Positions 30,248 through 40,559 of a DNA stretch of 64,000 nucleotides are shown one piece after another (position 1 is the first letter of the stretch; the number at the start of each line of letters is the position of its first letter). A program made the translations under genes and the position numbers. The stretch comes from Nitrosopumilus sp. GTDB taxonomy: Archaea > Thermoproteota > Nitrososphaeria > Nitrososphaerales > Nitrosopumilaceae. Below the pieces are notes generated by a model. It made no database searches. It was not told the origin of the DNA and saw nothing but the letters and a program-made list of their open reading frames with translations. The stretch is from contig CBDBLO010000002.1 in NCBI GenBank assembly GCA_965207075.1, positions 1,760,001 to 1,824,000 on the forward strand. Direction: 5' to 3'.

Positions 30248-30679
30248 TTACTCGTTTGGGTCGTGCCCCACCACGTGCACACGGCACAGGTACTGGTCGT
30301 TCATGTGGCAGTAAAAGTCAGAAGGGTCACTGCATGCGGCGCACCGGGGCCTCTGATCCGCGCCCGACAGCGCGGTATGGTAGCTCTTGCGCGGCGCACC
30401 GGTCGCGGGCCGCCTGTATATGCGCGTCAGCCTTGCATAATACTCGGCCTCCGCGGCGCTGAGCGGCTCGTCTGCGCGCACCTTTCTTGAAATCTTGTCC
30501 CATTTTTTTGGGCGGCCTATGCGGGCGCCGTCCAGCTGCCTTATGGCGCCAAGCATTGCATCGCGCCTAGGCGTGGATGGGGATGACGGTACAGATGACG
30601 ATGGCGGCGGCCTCTGTTGCTGCGGCCCACGTCCCTGCTGCGGCTGCCGCTGTCGTCGCCGCCGCATCCGGTCAGCCAT
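30248..30679 (-). CDS. Hypothetical protein with C-terminal Cys/His cluster
   Basis: CAAC..YCHMNDQYLCRVHVVGHD. Confidence 0.6.
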   Translation of the reverse strand: MADRMRRRRQRQPQQGRGPQQQRPPPSSSVPSSPSTPRRDAMLGAIRQLDGARIGRPKKWDKISRKVRADEPLSAAEAEYYARLTRIYRRPATGAPRKSYHTALSGADQRPRCAACSDPSDFYCHMNDQYLCRVHVVGHDPNE

Positions 30680-30685
30680 GCCCCC

Positions 30686-31693
30686 TCATTCCGCGCCTGC
30701 CGCAGGTATGGTTGCCTTTAGCTCGTACTCTGGCCACGTGTCGTACAGCGCGCCGATTGCGCGCATGTCGGATTCCGGGATGTACCTGCCGTCGGCCATG
30801 CCCGCGTACGCGTCAATCTCGTCAAGCTCGGTCATCGTGGGCAGGACGGACGCAAACCCGCGCTTGCTCATTATGAACTTCATTGCAAGCTCCGTGATTG
30901 TCAGACCGTTACGGTCTGCAATGGGCCTGAGCTGCTCTACCTTCCGGAGCGACGCCTTTATCCACTGGCCCTTGCGCACCGAACGGTGATCCTTTTCGTC
31001 TATCTTGGTGTCCGCATTTACCTTGCCTGTCAGTATGCCGGAGGCCTCGGGCACCCTCACCAGGACGCCCATGTCCGCCTCCTCTGCGCGCCGCATCAGT
31101 TCGTTTCCAGGAGTCTGCTCCAGCACGTTGTATACGGTCTGGACCGCAGATACGCACGGGCGCCCCATGGCCTCCAACCCCTCGGCAGTCCAGCCTATGG
31201 CGGGCCCCAGAGCCACTTGGCACGTCCTGGCCAGGCCGTCGGACACCATGGACTCGAGCGTCTCAAAGACGGAGTCGTCGCGGATGTGGTGCAGCTTCGG
31301 GTTGTGCAGACCGTATACGTCCACGTGGTCCGTCTGCAGCCTCTCCAGGCTCGCCCTCAGCGCGCGCCTGGCAAAGTCCGCGTCAAAGCACTGCGGCAGC
31401 TCGGAGTGCCCGATCTGCTCTACGCCTGCAAAGTCATAGCCGAACTTTGTGGATATTACGACCTCGTCCCGCATCCCGGCAAACGCTTGTCCGATCAGCC
31501 TCTCGCTCTTGCCCTTGCCGTACATGTCGCCGGTCTCAAAGAAGTTGATCCCCACGTCGTACGCCTTTTTGAGCATCCTCAGGGCCTCGTCCTCCTCTAT
31601 CTTCTTGCCCCACCAGTCGAGCGCAATTGCCCACGCGCCGAACCCCAGCTCGGAGACCTTGATGTCTGACCTGCCGAGCCTGTTGTATCTCAT
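30686..31693 (-). CDS. Aldo/keto reductase
   Basis: LGRSDIKVSELGFG, GINFFETGDMYG, ISTKFG, SLERLQTD. Confidence 0.93.
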   Translation of the reverse strand: MRYNRLGRSDIKVSELGFGAWAIALDWWGKKIEEDEALRMLKKAYDVGINFFETGDMYGKGKSERLIGQAFAGMRDEVVISTKFGYDFAGVEQIGHSELPQCFDADFARRALRASLERLQTDHVDVYGLHNPKLHHIRDDSVFETLESMVSDGLARTCQVALGPAIGWTAEGLEAMGRPCVSAVQTVYNVLEQTPGNELMRRAEEADMGVLVRVPEASGILTGKVNADTKIDEKDHRSVRKGQWIKASLRKVEQLRPIADRNGLTITELAMKFIMSKRGFASVLPTMTELDEIDAYAGMADGRYIPESDMRAIGALYDTWPEYELKATIPAAGAE

Positions 31694-31840
31694 GATGGTG
31701 GACGGGCGGGCTAGAAAATTTATGTCTAACCCGCCGCCGTCTTTGCTGCCGTCGCCGCCCCGGCGTGTGACCGCGCATGCCAGAGGCCTGGCACGTGCAG
31801 GCAGACCTGCCCATAAGCGCAAAAGGTGCGCGAAGCCGCG

Positions 31841-32563
31841 TCATCCCAGGCTGGAGATCAGCGGAATAATCTCCTTTCTGACGCACACTATCATGGGAAC
31901 ATCGTTCTTTACGTACGAGGAGACCTGCGTCTCACGCAGGTCCATTATCAGGTCCTGAAAGTCCCGTACGTCGTCCACCTCAAAGGCCAGCATAAAGTCA
32001 TGGTCGTGGATTCCAAACGAGTACGTGGTGTTCAGCACGATCTGCGGATACCTGCGGCTGACTGCAATGTGCTCGTCCATTATCTCCTGGCGCTTTGCCT
32101 GCGGCAGCAGGTACCACTCGCGGGTCTTTGTAAACGGGTACACGACAACGTACTTTTTGGGGGGGTCGCCGGCCACAAAGCCTTGCGGCCCTGCGCCTGG
32201 CGCGTACACGGAGGGCCGGGTGCACGACAGATACGTCCGAGACGGTATAATGTACTTGCCAAAGACCGTGCCGTACAGGCGCTCTGTCGCCGTCTGGATC
32301 TCGTCTACCGTGCGGGCGGCAAACCATAGTAGGAAGTCCGCGTCGTCGCGGAGCCCGACGGTCGAGTACGAGCGGTAGGACACGCCCGTATAGTCCAGTA
32401 TGTTCTTGACCTCCTTTGCGGACTCCTCCTTTGCTAGGTCCGCCATCCACCGCCACTTGGCATCAAGCTTGTAAAACGAGAATCCGAAATAGTACTGGTC
32501 GGCTGCCGGCTGCGAGGGGTCGGGCGCGGCGTTGTCGTGGTTGCCATGGTTGCTGTCAGACAC
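31841..32563 (-). CDS. Chlorite dismutase / coproheme decarboxylase family protein
   Basis: VYPFTKTREWYLLP..MDEH, YSFGIHDHDF; start estimated from a TATA-like box near 32588. Confidence 0.88.
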   Translation of the reverse strand: MSDSNHGNHDNAAPDPSQPAADQYYFGFSFYKLDAKWRWMADLAKEESAKEVKNILDYTGVSYRSYSTVGLRDDADFLLWFAARTVDEIQTATERLYGTVFGKYIIPSRTYLSCTRPSVYAPGAGPQGFVAGDPPKKYVVVYPFTKTREWYLLPQAKRQEIMDEHIAVSRRYPQIVLNTTYSFGIHDHDFMLAFEVDDVRDFQDLIMDLRETQVSSYVKNDVPMIVCVRKEIIPLISSLG

Positions 32564-32655
32564 AAGCTGTGTCCCAAGTGTCCGTTTAAAAAGTCTGACA
32601 TCCTGCGCCCCGGATGCTGGTTCCATGCGCATGCAGTGGATTCGGCGGCACCGGG

Positions 32656-32727
32656 GGACAGGCGGCGTCCGGACAGGCGGCGTCCGGACAGGCGGCGTCC
32701 GGACAGGCGGCGTCCGGACAGGCGGCG
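32656..32727 (+). repeat. 15-bp tandem repeat GGACAGGCGGCGTCC (4 full copies plus a partial one)
   Basis: Read directly; intergenic. Confidence 0.95.
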
Positions 32728-32735
32728 CGCCGAGA

Positions 32736-33377
32736 TCAGCGGCCGGACGACCAGTCGTCAAACTTGTTGATTCTCTGCTGCCGCCTCATGTCTATAAGAA
32801 AGATGACGATTCCCGCAACCATTACGATCAGTCCCGCTATTAGTGCCGCGCCCGCTATAACGAGCGGAAAGATCAGCTTGTTCAGCGGCGAGTCGGGATC
32901 CATAAACATCTCTGAATTCTCCGGATCCTCGGAGAACATTACGATTACCGTAACCGGCTCGGGGCCGGTGTTTGTTATCTCAACGTCCATGGGGCCTGCA
33001 CTGGCCTGCTCCACGGCCTCAAACGCCATCTCGTCAACCTGGGCGGACCGGCCGTACGCGTTCCCCGAGGGGCCGTACGCCGCGATTGACAGGGAGTCGC
33101 CGGGCTCATAGTCTGTCACATGGACCGCCCATATGACGGGAACGCCGTCTGACTCCACCGCAAAGGACACGCGCTCTGTGGCGCCCGGTATGACCGTCAT
33201 CTCGTCTGTAATCGTGCTGAACATGCCATCGAAGATGGACGACACGTCAAACCCCGCAGGGCCCATAAAGGAGGATTCGGCAACCGAGTTTGCGGCCAGG
33301 AGCGACACGCCGAACAGTACCGTCCCCGCGCAGGCCGCATAGAGTCCACGCTTTTTCATCGTTGCATACATCGCCAA
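32736..33377 (-). CDS. Hypothetical membrane protein
   Basis: N- and C-terminal TM segments. Confidence 0.7.
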   Translation of the reverse strand: MAMYATMKKRGLYAACAGTVLFGVSLLAANSVAESSFMGPAGFDVSSIFDGMFSTITDEMTVIPGATERVSFAVESDGVPVIWAVHVTDYEPGDSLSIAAYGPSGNAYGRSAQVDEMAFEAVEQASAGPMDVEITNTGPEPVTVIVMFSEDPENSEMFMDPDSPLNKLIFPLVIAGAALIAGLIVMVAGIVIFLIDMRRQQRINKFDDWSSGR

Positions 33378-33478
33378 TCTTACATTAATGTCTAGGGTTC
33401 CTCATGCGGGGCAGCACGGGGCGGGAAAAATGCTTGCGCCGGCCCGCGACTGGGCGGCCACCGGCGGCGTCGGCGGCG

Positions 33479-33766
33479 TCAGTCGGCCACCACCCTGACG
33501 CCCTTCCAGAACGCAACCATGCCGCGTATGTGCGCGGCATCAGGGCTCGGGTCCGCATAGCACCAGGCGCAGTCCTCGTTGGTGCGGTCACCCGCCACCG
33601 CCGTATAGTAGCTTGCCGTCCCCTTCCAGCCGCAAAAGCTCGTGGTGTCGCTGGGCCGCATCATGTCCATCCTGACCGACTCCGCCGGAAAGTAGTGGTT
33701 GCCCTCGACTATGACCGTATCGTCGCTCTCGGCCAGTACGGTGTCGTTCCAGACTGCCCTGACCAT
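33479..33766 (-). CDS. DUF427-family protein
   Basis: VEGNHYFP, CGWKGTASYY, AWCYADP, VAFW. Confidence 0.9.
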   Translation of the reverse strand: MVRAVWNDTVLAESDDTVIVEGNHYFPAESVRMDMMRPSDTTSFCGWKGTASYYTAVAGDRTNEDCAWCYADPSPDAAHIRGMVAFWKGVRVVAD

Positions 33767-33770
33767 GGAA

Positions 33771-35336
33771 TCACGCGCCGCCGGGCCCCTTTTCTTCCTT
33801 TTCCTCTTCCTTCTCCTCTTCTGCCATCCCGTGCATCTCCCCCTTCATCTCCCTCCTGGAGCGGAACTGCGGGGTCACACCCAGCGCCTCGTAGTTTCCA
33901 GTGGAGCACGCAAAGCACATGGAGTCTGCCGGCATTCCTACTGCCTCGGCCAGGTTCTCCGCGTCGTTGTACCCCAGAAAGTCGGCGCCTATGTCGCGGC
34001 GGACCTTCTCGGTCATCTCCTCCCTGGTCATGTCCGGCCTTGCGCCCCCCGAATTGGTTGCAAGCTCCTCCTGTGACGGAAAGTCGATGCCGGCATAGCA
34101 GGGATGCGTGACGGGCGGGTACGTTATCAGCATGCTGATCTTCCGCGCGCCGGCGCGCCGGAGGGCCTTTACTATCGACTTGGAGCTGGTGCCCCGGACC
34201 AGGCTGTCGTCGACTACGACCACGTGCCTTCCCTGTATGATCTCCCTTATGGGCATTATCCACCTGTTTATCTCGACGCGCTCCGTCTGGTGCGGCTCGA
34301 TAAAGCTCCGCAGCGGCCCCTTCTTGCTGTAGCGGTCCTTGAGCAGCCCCTCGTCAAACGAGAGTCCGAGCTGCTGGGCGTATCCCAGCGCCGCGGGCCT
34401 TGCAGAGTCAGGGACCGGCACGACGAGGTCCGCGTCCCGTATGGGAAACTTGCGCGCCAAGAGCCGCCCGATGTTCTTTCTTGCGACGTAGATGTTGGCG
34501 CCCTCCATGTTGCTTGAGGGGTGCGCAAAGTATGTGAATTCAAAGGAGCAGTGCGCCCTTGACGCGTCGTCAGAGAACCGCTCGGACTCGAGGCCGTCCC
34601 CGCTTATGCGCAAGAGCTCGCCAGGCTCCACGTTCCGGAGCAGCTCGGCGCCCACGGCGGAGAGCGCCGAGGACTCGGATGCCACGATGTACACGTCGTC
34701 GTCCTCTTTGTGGCCCAGCACCATGGGCCTGAAGCCCTTCGGGTCCCGCGCCGCGTACACGGAGCCGTCGTCGGATATGAAGGTAAAGCAGAACGAGCCG
34801 ACCATCTCGTTCTTCAGGACGGAGAGGGCCTGCCCGAGCCCGCTGTTGTCGGACATCAGGGAGACCAGCCTGTGGGCCGCCACCAGGGTGTCAGTCGCGC
34901 TCTGCGGCGTGAACGTGCACCCGCCGACCATGTTTGAGATCTCCTGGGCGTTTGCTATCGTGCCGTTGTGGGCCACGCACATGTCCCCCACCTTGAGGGG
35001 CTGGGCGTGCTCGAGCCCGCCCCCTCCCACGGTAGAGTAGCGGACGTGCCCTATTACGGCGGGGGACGCGTACTCGTGCGCAAGCCTCCTGAAATCAGAC
35101 GACGAGCCGGAGACCAGCCCCATCCTCTTGAGGGGCGCCTTGCCGGGGACCGCGATGCCCCACGCCTCCTGCCCCCGGTGCTGGAGGGCCCTCAGCGTGT
35201 CTATGCACATGGGGACGACGTTGGCCCCCCGTACGCTAAATATGGCCACAACCCCGCAGTTCTCATGGGGCCTGTCGTCAAGCTCCGTGCACCATCCCCC
35301 CCAACACACCTGACCACTCCCCGCGAGTCTTATCAA
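33771..35336 (-). CDS. purF: Amidophosphoribosyltransferase (start uncertain)
   Basis: ENCGVV, QHRGQE, GHVRYST, VVDDSLVRGTS. Confidence 0.96.
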   Translation of the reverse strand: MIRLAGSGQVCWGGWCTELDDRPHENCGVVAIFSVRGANVVPMCIDTLRALQHRGQEAWGIAVPGKAPLKRMGLVSGSSSDFRRLAHEYASPAVIGHVRYSTVGGGGLEHAQPLKVGDMCVAHNGTIANAQEISNMVGGCTFTPQSATDTLVAAHRLVSLMSDNSGLGQALSVLKNEMVGSFCFTFISDDGSVYAARDPKGFRPMVLGHKEDDDVYIVASESSALSAVGAELLRNVEPGELLRISGDGLESERFSDDASRAHCSFEFTYFAHPSSNMEGANIYVARKNIGRLLARKFPIRDADLVVPVPDSARPAALGYAQQLGLSFDEGLLKDRYSKKGPLRSFIEPHQTERVEINRWIMPIREIIQGRHVVVVDDSLVRGTSSKSIVKALRRAGARKISMLITYPPVTHPCYAGIDFPSQEELATNSGGARPDMTREEMTEKVRRDIGADFLGYNDAENLAEAVGMPADSMCFACSTGNYEALGVTPQFRSRREMKGEMHGMAEEEKEEEKEEKGPGGA

Positions 35337-37605
35337 CGCTTAGGTCTGCAACGATTCTGCCGCCGCCACTGCGAAATATGATGCGTCCGTCCTGTGCGCC
35401 CCGCGTGGCGCGCCCTATGCGCGCGTGCGCGGCGCCAGAGCGGGCCAGCAGATCCTCCACTTCCTGCAGGGACCCGTCGGGGACCAGCACTACATACCGG
35501 GAGTGGCTTTCGGAGAACAGTGTCACGTCATCTGGCATTTCGCGCGATTGCGCACCGGCGGTGCCGTCAGCCGCGGTGCCGGCATCGTGCGCGCGTGGAA
35601 CCCTTGCAATGTCCACGTCGCAGCCCAGTCCCGCACCGAGGCACACCTCGGATACCGCGGCGGCCAGCCCGCCCTTTGAGCAGTCGTGCACCATGTGGGA
35701 GAGCCCCACCCTCCTCGTGATGTCCAGTATGGCGCCAGAGTTGCGCCGAGACTCCGCGGCGCTCACGGCGGGGCACCTGCCGCCCACCACGCCCCGGATG
35801 TACTCGTAGTATTCGGATCCCCCCATCTCGTCCTTGGTCGACCCCACCACAATGATGTGGTCGCCGTCCGCGGGTCTCGCGCGCATGCGCTGCATTGCAG
35901 AATCATCGGCGCGCCCGCCGCCGTCTTTGCTGCCGTCGCCCGACACCAGTCCCAAGACTGCTATCACCGGCGTGGGCTTTATCGGCCCCGACGGCGTCTC
36001 ATTGTACAGGCTGACCTTGCCCCCCACGCACGGGATGCCCATCTCCCTTGCAAAGTCCGAGATGCCCCGAACAGACTCGACGAACGTCCAGAACACGCCG
36101 GGATTCGTGGGATCCCCGAACTGCAGGTGGTCAAGCATTCCTATCGGGGCGGCGCCCGTGCACACCACGTTGCGGCAGGCCTCCTCAAAGCATCCGATGG
36201 CGCCCTGCCGCGGGTTGACGTAGCAGTGCTTTGGGTTTCCGTCCATGGATACGGCCAGGTACCTGCCGTTGTCAAGCCGCAGGACCGACGCGTCGGCCCC
36301 CGGCCGCACCACCGTGCGTATGCCGACCTCGTGATCGTACTGGGAGTACACCCAGCTGCGGCTGGCAATGTTGGGCGACGTCATAAGCCTGCGCAGTATA
36401 TCGGTATAGTCCGCGGCACCCCCGCCCCCCTGCGCGTGCGGCGCGCACGACACGTCCTCTATCCCGTCAAGGTATGCGGGCCTCTGGCGCGGCAGGTCAA
36501 GGAGGCGCGCGTTTGCAACCACCTCGGCGGGCATCTCTGCTGCCACGTCTTCTTCTTCTTCTTCTCCGCCTTCTGTTCTTCTCCCCCCCGACGTCACGCG
36601 CATCATGCCGTCGCGTTTTACCACCCCTATGACGGAGTGTGACACGCCAAACTTGGAGCAGATCTCCCTTATGGCCTGCAGGCCCCGGACGCCGTCCGTA
36701 ATTATCAGCATGCGCTCCTGGGACTCGGATGTCATTATCTCCTCGACGGACATGCCGCCCTCCCGGGCATGCACGGCGTCCGCATTTATGGTGATTCCGA
36801 CCCCGAGCGCGTCGGCAGTCTCAGATACGGCGCACGACAGGCCTCCGCCGCCCAGATCCTTCATGGCGTGTATCGCGCCGGCGCTGCGGGCCTCGAGCAC
36901 CGCCTCTATCAGCAGCTTTTCAATGAACGGATCCGGTATCTGGACCGCGGACCTGTCCTCGGTCTCCAGCGAGTCCGATGCGAACTGCGAGCCGCCGATG
37001 CCGTCGCGGCCCGTGGGGCCCCCGAGCAGCACGACCACGTCGCCCGGCTCGGCGTGGTTTCTCACCAGCCTGTCCCTCTTGCCAAACCCGATCGCCGCGA
37101 CGTCGACCATGGCGTATCCGGCATACGAGTCGTCAAATTCCAGCTCGCCGCCGACCGTGGGAATTCCAATGCAGTTTCCATAGTCCGCGATCCCGGACAC
37201 GGCGTTCTTGAAGAGCCACAGTGACTTGGGATCCGTGCGGGGGTTGCCAAAGCGCAGCCCGTCCAGTATGGCGATCGGCCTGGTGCCGGCCGAGAGTATG
37301 TCGCGTATCACCCCGCCCACGCCGGTGGCGGCCCCGCCGTACGGCTCGACTGCCGACGGGTGGTTGTGGCTCTCTATGTGGGCCGTCACCACGTAGCCGC
37401 CCCCCACGTCAAGCACGCCCGAGTCGTATCCCTTCTCCGAGATGACCAGCGGCCCGTCGGTGGGAAGTATGCGCAGGTGCCTCTTGGAGGACTTGTACGA
37501 GCAGTGCTCCGACCACTCGGCGGCCACTATGTGGAGCTCCGCCGGGCGCGGGATCCGGCCCAGCCGGGACGTCAGATAGTCCAGCTCGGACTGCTCGAGG
37601 CTCAA
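35278..37605 (-). CDS. purL: Phosphoribosylformylglycinamidine synthase large subunit
   Basis: WSEHCSYKSS, ESHNHPS, SESQERM, GGKVSLYN. Confidence 0.97.
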   Translation of the reverse strand: MSLEQSELDYLTSRLGRIPRPAELHIVAAEWSEHCSYKSSKRHLRILPTDGPLVISEKGYDSGVLDVGGGYVVTAHIESHNHPSAVEPYGGAATGVGGVIRDILSAGTRPIAILDGLRFGNPRTDPKSLWLFKNAVSGIADYGNCIGIPTVGGELEFDDSYAGYAMVDVAAIGFGKRDRLVRNHAEPGDVVVLLGGPTGRDGIGGSQFASDSLETEDRSAVQIPDPFIEKLLIEAVLEARSAGAIHAMKDLGGGGLSCAVSETADALGVGITINADAVHAREGGMSVEEIMTSESQERMLIITDGVRGLQAIREICSKFGVSHSVIGVVKRDGMMRVTSGGRRTEGGEEEEEDVAAEMPAEVVANARLLDLPRQRPAYLDGIEDVSCAPHAQGGGGAADYTDILRRLMTSPNIASRSWVYSQYDHEVGIRTVVRPGADASVLRLDNGRYLAVSMDGNPKHCYVNPRQGAIGCFEEACRNVVCTGAAPIGMLDHLQFGDPTNPGVFWTFVESVRGISDFAREMGIPCVGGKVSLYNETPSGPIKPTPVIAVLGLVSGDGSKDGGGRADDSAMQRMRARPADGDHIIVVGSTKDEMGGSEYYEYIRGVVGGRCPAVSAAESRRNSGAILDITRRVGLSHMVHDCSKGGLAAAVSEVCLGAGLGCDVDIARVPRAHDAGTAADGTAGAQSREMPDDVTLFSESHSRYVVLVPDGSLQEVEDLLARSGAAHARIGRATRGAQDGRIIFRSGGGRIVADLSVDKTRGEWSGVLGGMVHGA

Positions 37606-37675
37606 CGCCGGAACGCATCCTCCGGCATGGCTGCAGGCGTGGCCCCACTGGCGGCCGCGGCGTCCAGGGTATCCC

Positions 37676-38416
37676 TCATTGCGATCTTGCCTCCTCCTCT
37701 TCCATTCCCCTGCCTACGTACCCGGCGTGATCGATCTGCTGCGCGTGTATGCAGCCTGCAAGCGACTCGAATATCATGCGCGCGGGCCCGCAGTCCACGG
37801 GGTTCGTCTCGTACTCTGCGGCCCGCTCCGGGTGCGGCATCATCCCCACCACGTTGCCGTCGTCGCTGCATATGCCCGCTATTCCGCCTACGGAGCCGTT
37901 TACGGAACCGTCGGCATACCGGAATACGACGCGGCCGCCCTTCTGCAGGTCCCTCACGGTGTCCTCGTCCGCATAGTACCGGCCCTCGCCGTTTGCAATC
38001 GGTATCGGGATTCGCTGCCCCATATACAGCATCGACGTAAACGGGGTCGATGCATTCTCCACAACCAGGTCGGTCCACTGGCACATGAACCCAAGCGACT
38101 CGTTTACCAGGAGGGCTCCGGGCAGTATGCCGCACTCTGTCAGGATCTGAAAGCCGTTGCATACGCCCAGTACCGGGGTGCCTTCGGATGCCAGCCTCCG
38201 GACGTCAGACATTACGGGGCTGTGCGCCGCAATCGCCCCCGCGCGCAGGCGGTCGCCGTACGAGAATCCTCCGGGCAGTACCACGGCATCCGTCCCGGCA
38301 GGAACGGTCTTTGTGTGCCAGATGTACTGCACGTCGAACCCGAACACGTCGCGCAGTACGTGATGCATGTCGCGATCGCAGTTGCTGCCAGGGAATACCA
38401 CGATTCCGACCTTCAC
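37676..38416 (-). CDS. purQ: FGAM synthase glutaminase subunit
   Basis: FPGSNCDRD, PGGFSYGD, GVCNGFQIL, MMPHPER. Confidence 0.97.
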   Translation of the reverse strand: MKVGIVVFPGSNCDRDMHHVLRDVFGFDVQYIWHTKTVPAGTDAVVLPGGFSYGDRLRAGAIAAHSPVMSDVRRLASEGTPVLGVCNGFQILTECGILPGALLVNESLGFMCQWTDLVVENASTPFTSMLYMGQRIPIPIANGEGRYYADEDTVRDLQKGGRVVFRYADGSVNGSVGGIAGICSDDGNVVGMMPHPERAAEYETNPVDCGPARMIFESLAGCIHAQQIDHAGYVGRGMEEEEARSQ

Positions 38417-38497
38417 GAGGCGCAAACGTCAGAGTCGTATTTATTCTGTCGCAGGCGCGTGCAGAGGATCGTCGCACATGGCGGCGGCCCGGCCTAC

Positions 38498-38821
38498 TCA
38501 CGGGATTGGCTCGGCCGTTATGTCCACCATACTGACAATGGGGTTGTACAGGTGCAGCGCGTCGCACACCTTGCGAACGTCCCGTACGGCAGACTCGGCA
38601 TCCTGGGAATCAACTGTCATGCGCAGCATCTTCGCGGTCTTGATTTCGGATATGCGGCAGCCGTTGTTTCCGCTTTCGTTGTTGCCGTTACTGCCGGCGC
38701 CGCCTCCGCTCGCTTCGTCCCGCCCCTCCTTGAGTACCAGATCTCGGAGTATGGTCTCGCCTTCCGGGTCGCTGAGGCCCTGCTTGTTCTCAATTACGAC
38801 CGTAACGGTGAACCTCCGCAT
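38498..38821 (-). CDS. purS: FGAM synthase PurS subunit
   Basis: K.GLSDPEGETI..LYNPIV; adjacent to purQ. Confidence 0.9.
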   Translation of the reverse strand: MRRFTVTVVIENKQGLSDPEGETILRDLVLKEGRDEASGGGAGSNGNNESGNNGCRISEIKTAKMLRMTVDSQDAESAVRDVRKVCDALHLYNPIVSMVDITAEPIP

Positions 38822-39409
38822 GGCACGGCGCGGAACTTGTCTATTATCTACCTATCGAGGCGACGCGCGGCGGCCAGGCCAGTGTGACGACAGCGTGCAA
38901 CGGAAAACTTCGAGAAAATGCTGCCGCATCCAGGCCCCGCAGCGCAAAACTGGAAGGCGCCGCGCAAGCACAGCATGACGGCACACCGGGGATGTTCACC
39001 AACCGGCCGTCTAGCATCCTGCGCCCGCTTGCGTGCGCGTAACGGGCAACACTCTTCCCCCTCTCCCCCCACCCCCGTAACATACAGATCCTACGACCGT
39101 AGATGGCACCCAGCCTAGCCGGGCATGATTGTCTTGTAGGCCTTTCTGTCAGATTGTGCCCCCAGCCGTCCTAGGCCAGCAGGCGTGCCATGAATATGTC
39201 GCAGGCCTTCATACCCGCGTCGATAAGGGGGTTTTGGCAGACTATTGAACCCGGTGCCATCCCGGGGTAGTGACCCTGATTGAAAGGCACGAGTTCAGAT
39301 GCCCTGTGTACAATGCCATGGGTAGAATCAACGCCGGACTTTAGGATAACGTGAACTCATGCACTGAAAGCGCAGACAGTTTTAAAAACAATTGGAGGTA
39401 TCACAATGC

Positions 39410-39553
39410 ATGTCAGAGACAAAACAGGCATCAGACGACAGCTTGTGGCCAAACGAAGAATATGCAATAGAACAGTACGAATCCGGGAAGGACCGGCCAA
39501 AGTCATTTGAAACGGCCGAAGCGCTGATCAAAGATCTTCACAGGCCTGAATGA
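39410..39553 (+). CDS. Putative antitoxin, second copy
   Basis: 47 aa, near-identical to 21562-21720. Confidence 0.7.
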   Translation: MSETKQASDDSLWPNEEYAIEQYESGKDRPKSFETAEALIKDLHRPE

Positions 39554-39555
39554 CA

Positions 39556-39826
39556 TTGTGGCGCATAGAGCGAACTGGCCTGTTTGTCAGTAGCTACAGA
39601 AGACTGCCGTCCCAGCTACAAAGCAGGGTAGACGAGGCCATATTGCACCTTGCAGAATCTGAAAATCCCGCAGAGGCAGGCATTCAAAAAAAAAGGCAGA
39701 TTCAAGGGATACCTTGCATATGAGATTGGGCGCTCGTACCGGCTGATCTACAAGGTCATCAACTGGCAAAAGATAATCCTGCTGGTGGTAGTAGGAGATC
39801 ACAAGTCAGTCTACGGCAAAGGCTGA
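39556..39826 (+). pseudogene. RelE-family toxin copy with a +1 frameshift in an A9 run
   Basis: 271 bp against 270 bp for the intact copy; the extra base maps to the A-run at 39686-39694. Confidence 0.8.
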
Positions 39827-40057
39827 TCCTTCTATATGATATCCGTGGAACCACGGCAACAGTCCACCGGGACGGGCATGTAGGAGCACGGAAGAGGCAT
39901 GTTCACGAATGGGAATGCCGACGTATGACACCCCCTACCAGAATCGTGTACGTCTGAATAAGAAGCCTGCTAGGCGAGGCGCGTGTCGGGAGGGGAGTGG
40001 GTAACTTACGCACGCCCATCAAGTTGGAATTTATACGGGCACCGCGCCCCCACGGCA

Positions 40058-40525
40058 ATGGCAAGGAACAGGTCAAGGTACTGGAAGCTCGAGGCAGGCG
40101 AGATGTCCGAGTTCAAGTACGACGAGTCCAAGCTGCTCAACTGGGAGATCAAGTGCGTGAGGCAGCCAGAAGACGAGGCCAGGTTCATCGGCGTCTTTCA
40201 GTACAGGAACGGGACGCCGTATGACTACGAGTCCATAAAGGGGGTCTGCTATTACCACAACAACATAGGGAGGGACGAGCTGCAGTCCATCACGTCGTTC
40301 CTGCAAAAGAGGTTCGGCGGCAAGCCCATGGAGAAGAGCGAGAGGATATTCCTGTCGGGCTCAGACGAGGTGTACGCGCCGTCAGAGATTGGGCGGCTGG
40401 CATCCGACATGGAGTCGGAGTTTAATGCAAAGGCAGTCATATCGCTCGAGTTTGAGGGGCCCAGCCAGGAGGAGCTGAAGGACGCGGGTCTGCCAGAGGC
40501 AAAGCTGCTGCCGGTTCCCACATAA
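40058..40525 (+). CDS. Conserved hypothetical protein
   Basis: Host-like codon usage; TATA-like TTTATA upstream. Confidence 0.7.
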   Translation: MARNRSRYWKLEAGEMSEFKYDESKLLNWEIKCVRQPEDEARFIGVFQYRNGTPYDYESIKGVCYYHNNIGRDELQSITSFLQKRFGGKPMEKSERIFLSGSDEVYAPSEIGRLASDMESEFNAKAVISLEFEGPSQEELKDAGLPEAKLLPVPT

Positions 40526-40559
40526 TCATTATTACTCTGGTGCGAGTATAGTCACGATC

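Noticed and set aside
39190-39345. Short ORF weakly resembling an IS66 transposase fragment, or an ncRNA, upstream of the second TA copy
   Set aside because: The similarity is too weak, and no SRP or RNase P motifs were recognised
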